A DNA stretch of 32,000 bases, taken from Edaphobacter aggregans (lineage in GTDB: Bacteria > Acidobacteriota > Terriglobia > Terriglobales > Acidobacteriaceae). The position numbers were made by a program, and so were the translations under genes. The stretch's first letter is position 1, and each line of letters begins with the position of its first letter. The stretch covers positions 1,650,001-1,682,000 of the forward strand of contig NZ_RSDW01000001.1 of assembly GCF_003945235.1 (NCBI RefSeq). The letters run 5' to 3'. This document shows positions 23,825 to 31,567 of this stretch, piece by piece. Below the pieces are notes generated by a model, which did not search any database, was not told where the DNA came from, and saw only the letters and a program-made list of their open reading frames with translations.

Positions 23825-24895
23825 TCAGAAACCGTCGACTTCGATGACAGCTTTGGCGAAGGCCTGTGGGGCTTCCTGAGGCAGATTGTGCCCGATGCCG
23901 CCGGTGATGATCCGGAATGCATATTTGCCGGCGAATTTTTTGCGATAGCCTGTGTCGTCGTTCGCGTGTGGTGCGCCGTTGGCATCCCCTTCGAGGACGA
24001 TCGTAGGTACGGTGATGACTGGGCCTGCAAAGAGTTTTTGTTCGTACTCGTCGTATTTGGGCTCTCCCTGCGCCAGATCGAGCCGCCAGCGATAGTTGTG
24101 GATGACGATGGCTACGTGGTCCGGGTTGTTGAACGACGCGGCGGAGCGATCGAACGTTGCATCATCAAAGTTCCACTTTGGCGAGGCGGTCTGCCAGATG
24201 AGCTTGTTGAAGTCGTGCGTGAATTTGCCGTAGCCGAGCTGGCCGCGATCGGTGGCGAAATAAAATTGATACCACCAGGCGAGCTCAGCCCTTGGCGGCA
24301 GAGGCGCTTTGTTGGCTTCAGGGCTGCCGATCAGATAACCGCTGACGGAGACCATTGCCTTGCAGCGCTCGGGCCAGAGGGCCGCGATGATATTGGCTGT
24401 TCGCGCTCCCCAATCAAATCCGGCGATGATTGCCTTCTGGATCTTGAGGGCGTCCATCAACGCGATGATGTCGAGAGCGACCACCGATTGCTGGCCATTG
24501 CGGAATGTTTCACTTGAGAGAAAGCGTGTTGTGCCGTAGCCGCGCAGGAACGGGACGATCACTCTGTAGCCCGCCGATGCCAGTAATGGAGCAACATCGA
24601 CAAAGCTGTGAATGTCGTAGGGCCAGCCATGGAGAAGAATGACCGGAGGACCATCGGCGGGGCCGGCCTCAGCGTATCCGACATTGAGGAGACCGGCGTC
24701 GATCTGCTTCAGTGAGGGGAACGATGTGTTCGTTCCGGGCTTAATCGCGGGCACATCTGCAGGGTTTGGCTTGCTGGATTGTGCCTCCGCAGAGCCGAAT
24801 ATGCCGAACTGGGCGGCGGCGATGGCCATGGCTCCAGTGCCAAGAAAGCGGCGGCGGTGCTGGTCGATTTCTTCAGACATCTTGATGGTATTCAT
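23825..24895 (-). CDS. Tat-exported alpha/beta hydrolase (epoxide-hydrolase/haloalkane-dehalogenase-like)
   Basis: The ATG at 24895 is preceded by AAGGAGA. The Tat signal reads QHRRRFLGTGAMAIAAAQFGIFGSAEAQ. HGWP is the oxyanion motif and GFDWG is an Asp nucleophile elbow. The longer 404 aa version is unsupported. Confidence 0.8.
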   Translation of the reverse strand: MNTIKMSEEIDQHRRRFLGTGAMAIAAAQFGIFGSAEAQSSKPNPADVPAIKPGTNTSFPSLKQIDAGLLNVGYAEAGPADGPPVILLHGWPYDIHSFVDVAPLLASAGYRVIVPFLRGYGTTRFLSSETFRNGQQSVVALDIIALMDALKIQKAIIAGFDWGARTANIIAALWPERCKAMVSVSGYLIGSPEANKAPLPPRAELAWWYQFYFATDRGQLGYGKFTHDFNKLIWQTASPKWNFDDATFDRSAASFNNPDHVAIVIHNYRWRLDLAQGEPKYDEYEQKLFAGPVITVPTIVLEGDANGAPHANDDTGYRKKFAGKYAFRIITGGIGHNLPQEAPQAFAKAVIEVDGF

Positions 24896-25315
24896 TGATG
24901 AATCTCCTTGATTTGATTGGCGGCGAAATGCTGCCCAGAACGAGCCGGTATGATCAGCCCACTGATCAGTGCTGCGGCGACAACTATCTTCTCGGGAACG
25001 GAACGAATGATGCGGCGAAAGCGGCATCGCGCGACTCATTTATGAAGAGCATCTTCAGAATCTTTTGGTCGAGACTCTGAAGAGCAACCGGGAGTCGTCT
25101 CACACAGACTTTATCATCACCGGATAGACTCAGAGCGCCGAGGCACATTCGCTTGCATTCCACCTTCACCCCGGTGTACCGTTCTAATCAGCATGACGAG
25201 CCGCTTCCAGTCCGCGTTTTTTACACTCTGCTATTGGCGCTATCCAGCGGCCGGCGGAGTCCTCGCATGCATCTCTGAAAATACCTAGAACACTTCAGAG
25301 TCTTCGATCTTCCCG

Positions 25316-25344
25316 AGCCGCGACCCCTAAAGGTCGCGGCTTTT
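25316..25344 (+). terminator. Strong orphan terminator-like hairpin about 45 nt upstream of the aroK start
   Basis: a-gccgcgacc-cctaaa-ggtcgcggc-ttttgc: a 9-10 bp GC-rich stem plus a T-run on the + strand only. I can support no + strand gene upstream of it. Confidence 0.55.
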
Positions 25345-25388
25345 GCATGTACGACACAAGATTCAGCAACTACACTACGGAGAGCACC

Positions 25389-25976
25389 ATGACGCCAACC
25401 ACTACCAAGACCGCCACCGACTCTCACACCACCGCTGTCATCCCGGCTCACCTCAAGCGTCTCGTTCTAACCGGCTTCATGGGCGCGGGCAAATCGACCA
25501 TTGGACGTCTCCTCGCCGCGCGCACCGGCTGGACCTTCCTCGATCTTGACGCACATCTTGAGGCACGTACCGGCGCCACCATCGCGGAGCTCTTCGCCAG
25601 TCACGGTGAGCCTCACTTCCGCCGACTCGAATCCACGGCGCTGGCCTCCGCTCTGGGACGCACCGATACGATCCTCGCACTGGGCGGCGGCACCCCGGAA
25701 GGCCTGACGAACCGGCTCCTGCTTGAGCAAACCCCCGGCACCTTCACCGTCTTTCTGGACGCCCCCTTCCCTACCCTCTTCGACCGCTGTATGCTTCAGG
25801 ACATTGCCCGCCCGGTCCTCGAGGACCCGGCAGCCGCGCAGCTCCGCTTCGCTCACCGGCACCCTCTCTACACGCGTCTTGCGCGCCTCACCATCAATAC
25901 GGCCGACCTTACCCCGGAAGACACCGTCGAAACTATCCTCGCGGCCCTGAATCAAAGTCCATACTCCCAGCCCTGA
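25389..25976 (+). CDS. aroK: Shikimate kinase with a Thr-rich N-terminal extension
   Basis: Walker A LVLTGFMGAGKSTIGRLLA, followed by FLDLD..., ..ELFASHGEPHFRRLES and ..ILALGGG. The ATG at 25389 follows GGAGA with 5 nt spacing. The ORF opens at 25347. Confidence 0.85.
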   Translation: MTPTTTKTATDSHTTAVIPAHLKRLVLTGFMGAGKSTIGRLLAARTGWTFLDLDAHLEARTGATIAELFASHGEPHFRRLESTALASALGRTDTILALGGGTPEGLTNRLLLEQTPGTFTVFLDAPFPTLFDRCMLQDIARPVLEDPAAAQLRFAHRHPLYTRLARLTINTADLTPEDTVETILAALNQSPYSQP

Positions 25977-26079
25977 GTGCCCATCAGGCAGACTTTCTGC
26001 ATCTAACTTCAAGCAGGAGAAGCCGCTGGCCACCCCGACGCCCACCATCATCCCCGATCCGGATCTGTCCAGCCGAACT

Positions 26080-27075
26080 GTGCGCGGTCACATCCTCTTC
26101 GCCGTCGGCGTTTTCCTCCTTCTCGGCCTGGCCTGGACCCTCCAAAAAGAACTGCTGATCATCTATGTCAGCGCGCTCTTCGCCACGGTCCTGATGCCCG
26201 TGGTCAACCGCATCACGGCCCTCGAGTTTCACAACCGACACGCGTCGCGCCCTGCAGCCATCTTTCTCCTCATCGTCGGCGTGGCCTTTATCGTCGTGAT
26301 GTTCCTCATCGTCGGTCTGCCGCCCGTCATCCACGACCTGAACCTGTTCTCGGCTGAATTGCCGACCCGTATCCCTGTCATCGTCGCCAAGCTCAACCGA
26401 CTTCCCATCGCCAACAGGCTCGGCGTCGACGCGATTGCACAGCGTGCTGAGACTGCCGTTACCGCGACCGCGGGCTACCTCGTCGGCGCGCTGCCGAACT
26501 GGCTCACCCACGTCTTCGACATCCTCTCAGCCTTGTTTCTCTGCATCTATTTCATGCTCGAAGGGGAACACGCCTACCGCTTCTTCCTTTCTCTCTTCCC
26601 CCGCGTCCATCGCCTCCGGCTCGACGCAACGCTTAAAAGAGCCGAGCGGAAGATCAGCAAATGGCTTCTGGGACAGGGCCTGCTCATGTTCTGCCTCGGC
26701 CTCTCCAGCACGATCGTCTTCGGCTTCCTGCATGTGCGGTACTTTATCCTTCTGGGCTTCCTGATGGGCCTGTTCAACATCATCCCCATTGCCGGCGGAG
26801 TGTTCACGATCCTCCTCGCAGCCGGAGTTGCCGCACTCGACTCGTGGACCAAGATGTTCGGCGTGCTTGCCTTCTACCTGCTTTACATCAACATTGAAAA
26901 CGCTTATCTCACTCCGCGCATCATGCGGTCCAGCGTCAACCTGATGGGTCTGACTATCCTTGTCGCCCTCCTTCTTGGCACCGCAATAGCCGGTATCGTT
27001 GGCGCGCTGGTTGCCGTCCCCACCGCGGCTCTCCTCTCCGTCATCCTCGACGAGTATGCCGTCAAGAAAGACTGA
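26080..27075 (+). CDS. AI-2E family transporter (UPF0118/PerM-like permease)
   Basis: A polytopic membrane protein. ..KISKWLLGQGLLMFCLGLSSTIVFGFLHVRYFILLGFLMGLFNIIPIAGGVFTILLAAG.. is typical of the family. GTG start. Confidence 0.8.
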   Translation: MRGHILFAVGVFLLLGLAWTLQKELLIIYVSALFATVLMPVVNRITALEFHNRHASRPAAIFLLIVGVAFIVVMFLIVGLPPVIHDLNLFSAELPTRIPVIVAKLNRLPIANRLGVDAIAQRAETAVTATAGYLVGALPNWLTHVFDILSALFLCIYFMLEGEHAYRFFLSLFPRVHRLRLDATLKRAERKISKWLLGQGLLMFCLGLSSTIVFGFLHVRYFILLGFLMGLFNIIPIAGGVFTILLAAGVAALDSWTKMFGVLAFYLLYINIENAYLTPRIMRSSVNLMGLTILVALLLGTAIAGIVGALVAVPTAALLSVILDEYAVKKD

Positions 27076-27141
27076 AAAATCAAGAGTTGCCCGCGATTTG
27101 CTATGCTGAACCCACCCTTATCAAGAGAGTGAGTTTCAACA

Positions 27142-27363
27142 ATGTCAGAAGAAGTAGTCAAGATTACTGTCCGCCCCAATGGCCCGCTGCGAGTAGAAGG
27201 CCCCATTGTCCTGAAGGACGCTGATGGCAAGGAGTGGGACCTGACGGGCAAGCCGGCGATCTCCCTTTGCCGCTGTGGACATAGCGAGAAGCGCCCCTTC
27301 TGCGATGGCTCCCACAACCGTGTGGGTTTCCAGTGCACGGCGACTCCCGCTGTCCTCACCTAA
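27142..27363 (+). CDS. CDGSH iron-sulfur domain-containing protein
   Basis: ..ISLCRCGHSEKRPFCDGSHNRVGF matches C-x-C-x2-S-x3-P-x-C-D-G-S-H. Confidence 0.9.
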   Translation: MSEEVVKITVRPNGPLRVEGPIVLKDADGKEWDLTGKPAISLCRCGHSEKRPFCDGSHNRVGFQCTATPAVLT

Positions 27364-27371
27364 ACATTTAA

Positions 27372-27467
27372 GAACGACCACGGATCGAACGGATAGAAAC
27401 CGATCAAACGACGCTTTGATCCATCCGTCTTATAGTTTGCGAACATCCGTGAGATCCGCGGTCGTTC
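27372..27467. repeat. 96 nt imperfect palindromic element built from the CGACYRCGGAT core
   Basis: The outer arms are gaacgaccacggatc (27372-27386) and gatccgcggtcgttc (27453-27467), complementary at 14 of 15 positions. The inner arms are gatcaaa (27402-27408) and tttgatc (27415-27421). It starts 9 nt after the CDGSH stop. Confidence 0.8.
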
Positions 27468-27515
27468 CTCTTCCATTGCAGTTCCAGAAGTGATTTCAGT
27501 TTTGAGGCAGATTTG

Positions 27516-29678
27516 ATGAATGCTCGCGGCTTGTTGAAGGTAACTCTTTTGGGATTGACCTTGGTTTCGACGGGCGCTCTGGGTGCTCAGGAGCAAACCA
27601 ATGCCAGTCCAAAGACGATTGCGTTGTCGTCGAACAAGCTGGATGAGTATGTCGGGCAGTACCGGTTGACGACGGAACCCGACATCGTCAACGTGGTCTA
27701 TCGCGATGGCGACAAGCTGTACGCGGAAGGTGAGAGGTCTCCGCGAGTGGAACTGCAGGCTGAATCGGCGGACCACTTTGTCACCAGAGCAGGTTCGCGG
27801 GCACAGTTCGTACGAGATGCCAACGGAAAGGTAATCGGGGTGAAGACGGCGTTTGGAGGCTCCCCTCGTGCAAGTTCCGGAGAGCGGATGCTGGAGCGCT
27901 TCAGCGATACACCCGTGAGGTTGAATCACTTCCGCGAGTACGAGCGGTCGGAGGCGATGATCCCGGCACGCGATGGCGCAAAGTTGCACGTAGTGATTCT
28001 GCGGCCGGTCGGGTCGGAAAAGAGCGGAGAGCCGCTTCCCATCCTGATGGAGAGAACTCCTTACGGCACAGACCATAACTCTTCCGACGGCGTCAATTCG
28101 GTGAAGCCGGAGCTTGCAGCCAGCGGCTACATCTTTGTCTATGGCGATATTCGAGGGCGATACACGTCTGAGGGCAAGTTCGTGATGAACCGTCCGATCG
28201 TTGAGCATAAGACAAAGAAGGATGTCGATGAAACCACCGATACTCACGACACGATCGACTGGCTCCTGAAGAATCTTCCGAATAACAACGGGCGCGTGGG
28301 GGTCTTCGGCGTTTCGTATCCGGGATTTCTGGCGATGATGGCGGGCATCGACGCGCATCCGGCGGTGAAGGCAATCTCTCCGCAGGCGCCGATGACGAAT
28401 GTCTGGAAGGGCGATGACTTCTTCCACAACGGAGCCTTCCGCGAGACTTATGGCTTCGACTACGTGCAGCAGCTTGAAGCGCAGAAGACAGACGTTCCTG
28501 TGAACGCACAGGAAGATACCTACGACTTCTTTTTGCGGAACGTGAATTTTGCCGGCGCAGCCAAGAGCGCTGGAATGACCGACCTGCCGACGGCGAAAGC
28601 CTTCCTGAATCAGCCTTCGTACACGCCGTTCTGGCAGGCAATGGCGGTGGAGCCACACCTGACAAAGGCCGAGGTTCCGACGCTCGAAGTGGGCGGATGG
28701 TGGGACCAGGAGGATATGTGGGGAACGCAGGCGGAGTATGCCGCACTCGAACCGCACGACATCAATCACAATGTCTTTATGGTGCTGGGGCCGTGGAACC
28801 ATGGGGGGTGGGGCCCGACGACGCGGCATCTGGGCGCGCTCGACTTCGGCGCGGCTACCGGTGATCAGTATCGCAAGACCATCGAAGCTCCCTTCTTCGA
28901 GAAGTATCTGAAGGATCGGCCAGGCTTTGATTTGAAAGACACGGCCAGCTTCCGAACCGGAGTCAATCAGTGGGAGCGATACGATGCATGGCCACCTAAA
29001 GCAGGATTTCACGCGGCGAAGCTTTACATGACGGAAGGAAATGGACTGAGCTTCGACGCACCGGCAATGGAATCGAAGACGAGTTACGTAGCGGATCCTG
29101 CTAATCCCGTACCGTACAGGAACCGCCCAATTCAGGCGACCTACGGAAACGGCTCGAAGTGGCGGACATGGCTTGTCGAAGACCAGCGCTTCGTCAGCGA
29201 TCGCAAAGATCTGGCAAACTTCACGACCCCCGTACTGGACAAGGATGTGACCGTCACGGGTGACGTCATGGCAGACCTTTATGCCGCGACGACGGGCAGT
29301 GACGCCGACTGGATTGTTAAGCTCATCGACGTATATCCCGCCGATGCTGCAGACGGCATGGCAGGCTATCAGCTCATGGTCGTCGATGAGATCTTTCGCG
29401 GGCGCTATGCGAAGAGCTTCGAGAAGCCGGAGGCCATCAAGCCCGGCGAGGTGACCGAGTATAAATGGAGCCTGCATGGCGCCGACCACACCTTCAAAAA
29501 AGGCCACAAGATTATGGTGGAGGTTCAGTCAAGCTGGTTCCCCCTGTACGACCGCAATCCGCAGACGTTTGTGCCAAACATCATGACGGCGCCTGCAAGC
29601 GCGTACAAGGCACAGACTCAGACCATCTACGAGTCTGCAAAATATCCATCGCATCTGGAATTTTCGGTTCCAGAATAA
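27516..29678 (+). CDS. CocE/NonD-family hydrolase (S15 X-Pro dipeptidyl-peptidase-like) with an N-terminal accessory domain
   Basis: Signal peptide MNARGLLKVTLLGLTLVSTGALGAQE. ..VVILRPVG...LPILMERTPYG.. is followed by the nucleophile elbow GVFGVSYPGF. The C-terminal beta-sandwich contains ..YPADAADGMAGYQLMVVDEIFRGRY. Confidence 0.85.
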   Translation: MNARGLLKVTLLGLTLVSTGALGAQEQTNASPKTIALSSNKLDEYVGQYRLTTEPDIVNVVYRDGDKLYAEGERSPRVELQAESADHFVTRAGSRAQFVRDANGKVIGVKTAFGGSPRASSGERMLERFSDTPVRLNHFREYERSEAMIPARDGAKLHVVILRPVGSEKSGEPLPILMERTPYGTDHNSSDGVNSVKPELAASGYIFVYGDIRGRYTSEGKFVMNRPIVEHKTKKDVDETTDTHDTIDWLLKNLPNNNGRVGVFGVSYPGFLAMMAGIDAHPAVKAISPQAPMTNVWKGDDFFHNGAFRETYGFDYVQQLEAQKTDVPVNAQEDTYDFFLRNVNFAGAAKSAGMTDLPTAKAFLNQPSYTPFWQAMAVEPHLTKAEVPTLEVGGWWDQEDMWGTQAEYAALEPHDINHNVFMVLGPWNHGGWGPTTRHLGALDFGAATGDQYRKTIEAPFFEKYLKDRPGFDLKDTASFRTGVNQWERYDAWPPKAGFHAAKLYMTEGNGLSFDAPAMESKTSYVADPANPVPYRNRPIQATYGNGSKWRTWLVEDQRFVSDRKDLANFTTPVLDKDVTVTGDVMADLYAATTGSDADWIVKLIDVYPADAADGMAGYQLMVVDEIFRGRYAKSFEKPEAIKPGEVTEYKWSLHGADHTFKKGHKIMVEVQSSWFPLYDRNPQTFVPNIMTAPASAYKAQTQTIYESAKYPSHLEFSVPE

Positions 29679-29684
29679 TTCGAT

Positions 29685-30245
29685 TTGGGGGAGTGCTTGA
29701 CGATCAAAACGATTAGTAGCCGCGAGGTCTACCGCAATCCATGGACGAGCGTTCGCGAAGATGTCATTGAGCGAGCCAATGGACAACGGGGAATCTACGG
29801 GGTCATCGACAAAGATCCAGCCTGCATCGTCATCCCATTGGAAAGAACCGAAGAAGGAGAGTTCCTCTACCTTATCGAGCAGTACCGATACACCGTGGGC
29901 GGTCGATTTCTTGAGCTGCCGCAGGGCGGGTGGGAAGTGGCCGATGTAGTACCCGAAGAGTTGGCGCGCGGAGAGCTTCGGGAAGAGACTGGGCTTACAG
30001 CTGAGCGAATGACTTACCTCGCGACACACCAGATCGCGTACGGAGTCATGAATCAGAAGCACTACGTTTTTCTGGCCGAGGGGTTGACGATGGGCGCGTC
30101 CGATCCAGATGCGGAAGAAAGCGACCTCATCGTGCGGCGGGTGAAGCTCGCCGACTTCGAACAGATGATCGTGGATGGAGTGATCGTCGACAACTGCTCG
30201 GTGGCGGCTTGGGGACTCTACCGGCTCTGGCGGGAGCGGCAATAG
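29685..30245 (+). CDS. NUDIX hydrolase (ADP-ribose pyrophosphatase-like)
   Basis: The Nudix box is GGWEVADVVPEELARGELREETGL. The start is uncertain: TTG at 29685 or at 29697, the latter preceded by GGGGAG. Confidence 0.8.
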   Translation: MGECLTIKTISSREVYRNPWTSVREDVIERANGQRGIYGVIDKDPACIVIPLERTEEGEFLYLIEQYRYTVGGRFLELPQGGWEVADVVPEELARGELREETGLTAERMTYLATHQIAYGVMNQKHYVFLAEGLTMGASDPDAEESDLIVRRVKLADFEQMIVDGVIVDNCSVAAWGLYRLWRERQ

Positions 30246-30273
30246 CAGTAAAGCGAGCAAAGGAGCTAAGGCC

Positions 30274-30681
30274 ATGGCGGAGGTTTCGAAGAATCGGCTT
30301 TGGTGGATCAACGCAACGGGGCTGATGTTCGCGATCCTGCAGAGTGCCTGCGCTGCGGTTCTGGCGGTCAGCGGCTTCCGCGTCTTGATTGGCTTAAGCT
30401 CGCTGGCGATCGCTGCGGGAACGAGTGCTCCGGCAAAAGGATTTCACGCGGATGCCATCCGCATCCCGATGATGTTGTTCGCTTTGATCGGTGCGCTCGC
30501 GAATCTCTACATGCTGTGGCGAGTACGGTCGCTACGAGCGCGGCCTGCTTCGCAATGGCGGATGCAACCGTTGTCTCCTACGAAGAAGCGCTCCGAACGA
30601 CTGCAATTCGCGCTGGCGATTCTGACGTTGCTGGTACTGGCTGCGGAGTGGATCACGCACCCGATGATGCATCACGGCTAA
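30274..30681 (+). CDS. Hypothetical membrane protein (about 4 TM helices)
   Basis: AAGGAG lies 8 nt upstream of the ATG. Hydrophobic segments include GLMFAILQSACAAVLAVSGF, IPMMLFALIGALANLYMLW and LQFALAILTLLVLAAEWI. I recognise no family. Confidence 0.6.
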   Translation: MAEVSKNRLWWINATGLMFAILQSACAAVLAVSGFRVLIGLSSLAIAAGTSAPAKGFHADAIRIPMMLFALIGALANLYMLWRVRSLRARPASQWRMQPLSPTKKRSERLQFALAILTLLVLAAEWITHPMMHHG

Positions 30682-30956
30682 AGAGACGAATCGCTGCCAT
30701 CGGTTGGAACAGCGGGCGGCCCGGCAAGAATGGCCTCGGTCAGGCGTGAGTGAAGACGTTCGCTGTAGCCGAGCGGAAGTTCGAAGATGCGGTCGTCAGC
30801 AGTAAGAATCAGAATGTTTCGTGTCGAATCAAGAACAGCTGAGCAGATCTCGCAATGCTCAAGGTGGCGCTCTACATCGGCGCGAGTCGCGGTATCAAGC
30901 GTGTTGTCCAAATAGCCGGAGATCTGGTCCCAGACGTGACTGCAGTTCAGAACCAT
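30678..30956 (-). CDS. Soluble zinc-binding (ZAS, zf-HC2) anti-sigma factor, RsrA-like
   Basis: 92 aa with no TM segment: MVLNCSHVWDQISGYLDNTLDTATRADVERHLEHCEICSAV.. The ligand pattern is C5-x25-H31-x3-C35-x2-C38. The start overlaps the sigma gene's 3' end by 10 nt. Confidence 0.8.
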   Translation of the reverse strand: MVLNCSHVWDQISGYLDNTLDTATRADVERHLEHCEICSAVLDSTRNILILTADDRIFELPLGYSERLHSRLTEAILAGPPAVPTDGSDSSL

Positions 30957-31567
30957 GAGAAACTCCTTCGCGTTTCTGGCACTGCACTCTTCAGCTGCGG
31001 CGCGAGACTTTTCTGCAGCATCAGGCGAGCACGATGAAGCCGCATCTTAACCGAAGCAACCGTGATGCCGAGAGTTTCGGCGGTCTCCTGCACGTTGCGG
31101 TCTTCCATTTCACGCAGCACGAAGACCTCGCGGTAGGCCAGCGGAAGCGCCATCAAAGCCTGGCGGATGAGCGAGCGGACCTCCTGGCGTTCAAGAGCCT
31201 GCGAGGGAATCTCGCGCCAGTCAGTAAGTTGCATGGGGGTGACTTTGCCTTCGCGGTCGTCGTCGAGCGAATCGGTGAGCCCGGGCTGGATGCGGCGAAG
31301 GCGGCCGCGAGCCTCGTTGAGGACGATGCTGATGAGCCATGTACTGAAGCGGGCTTCGGCACGGAAGCGCCCGAGGTTTCGGTATGCCTTGAGGAATGCA
31401 TCCTGCGCGGCATCCTCAGCCTCAGCCTCATTGTGGAGCAGCGAAAGCGCCATGAGGTAAACGCTGCGCTCGTGCGGACGGATCAACTCGTGAAAGAGTT
31501 CGTGGTCGCCGGAGAGGATGTCCGCTATCATCCTGGGTTCGTCCCTGTCTCTAGCCGGTAACTGCAT
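30947..31567 (-). CDS. ECF-type RNA polymerase sigma-70 family factor
   Basis: Region 2 reads ..YLMALSLLHNEAEAEDAAQDAFLKAYRNLGRFRAEARFSTWLISIVLNEARGRLRR. Region 4 reads ..ETAETLGITVASVKMRLHRARLML. An alternative start is the ATG at 31531 (MIADILSG). Confidence 0.9.
   Translation of the reverse strand: MQLPARDRDEPRMIADILSGDHELFHELIRPHERSVYLMALSLLHNEAEAEDAAQDAFLKAYRNLGRFRAEARFSTWLISIVLNEARGRLRRIQPGLTDSLDDDREGKVTPMQLTDWREIPSQALERQEVRSLIRQALMALPLAYREVFVLREMEDRNVQETAETLGITVASVKMRLHRARLMLQKSLAPQLKSAVPETRRSFSWF

Noticed and set aside
24896-25346. dif (XerCD) site or replication terminus at the strand-bias switch
   Set aside because: I found no 28 bp site with ..CATAA-N6-TTATG..-type arms here, or at the AT-rich palindromes near 13.15 kb. 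Strand bias appears to return to the left-hand polarity further right (sigma and DoxX genes), which favours a local inversion. A whole-chromosome skew analysis is needed.
27360-29507. 715 aa ORF antisense to the CocE/NonD hydrolase gene
   Set aside because: The sense gene has a signal peptide, a GxSYxG nucleophile elbow and family-typical segments. The antisense product has no recognisable motif, and it spans the upstream intergenic palindrome.
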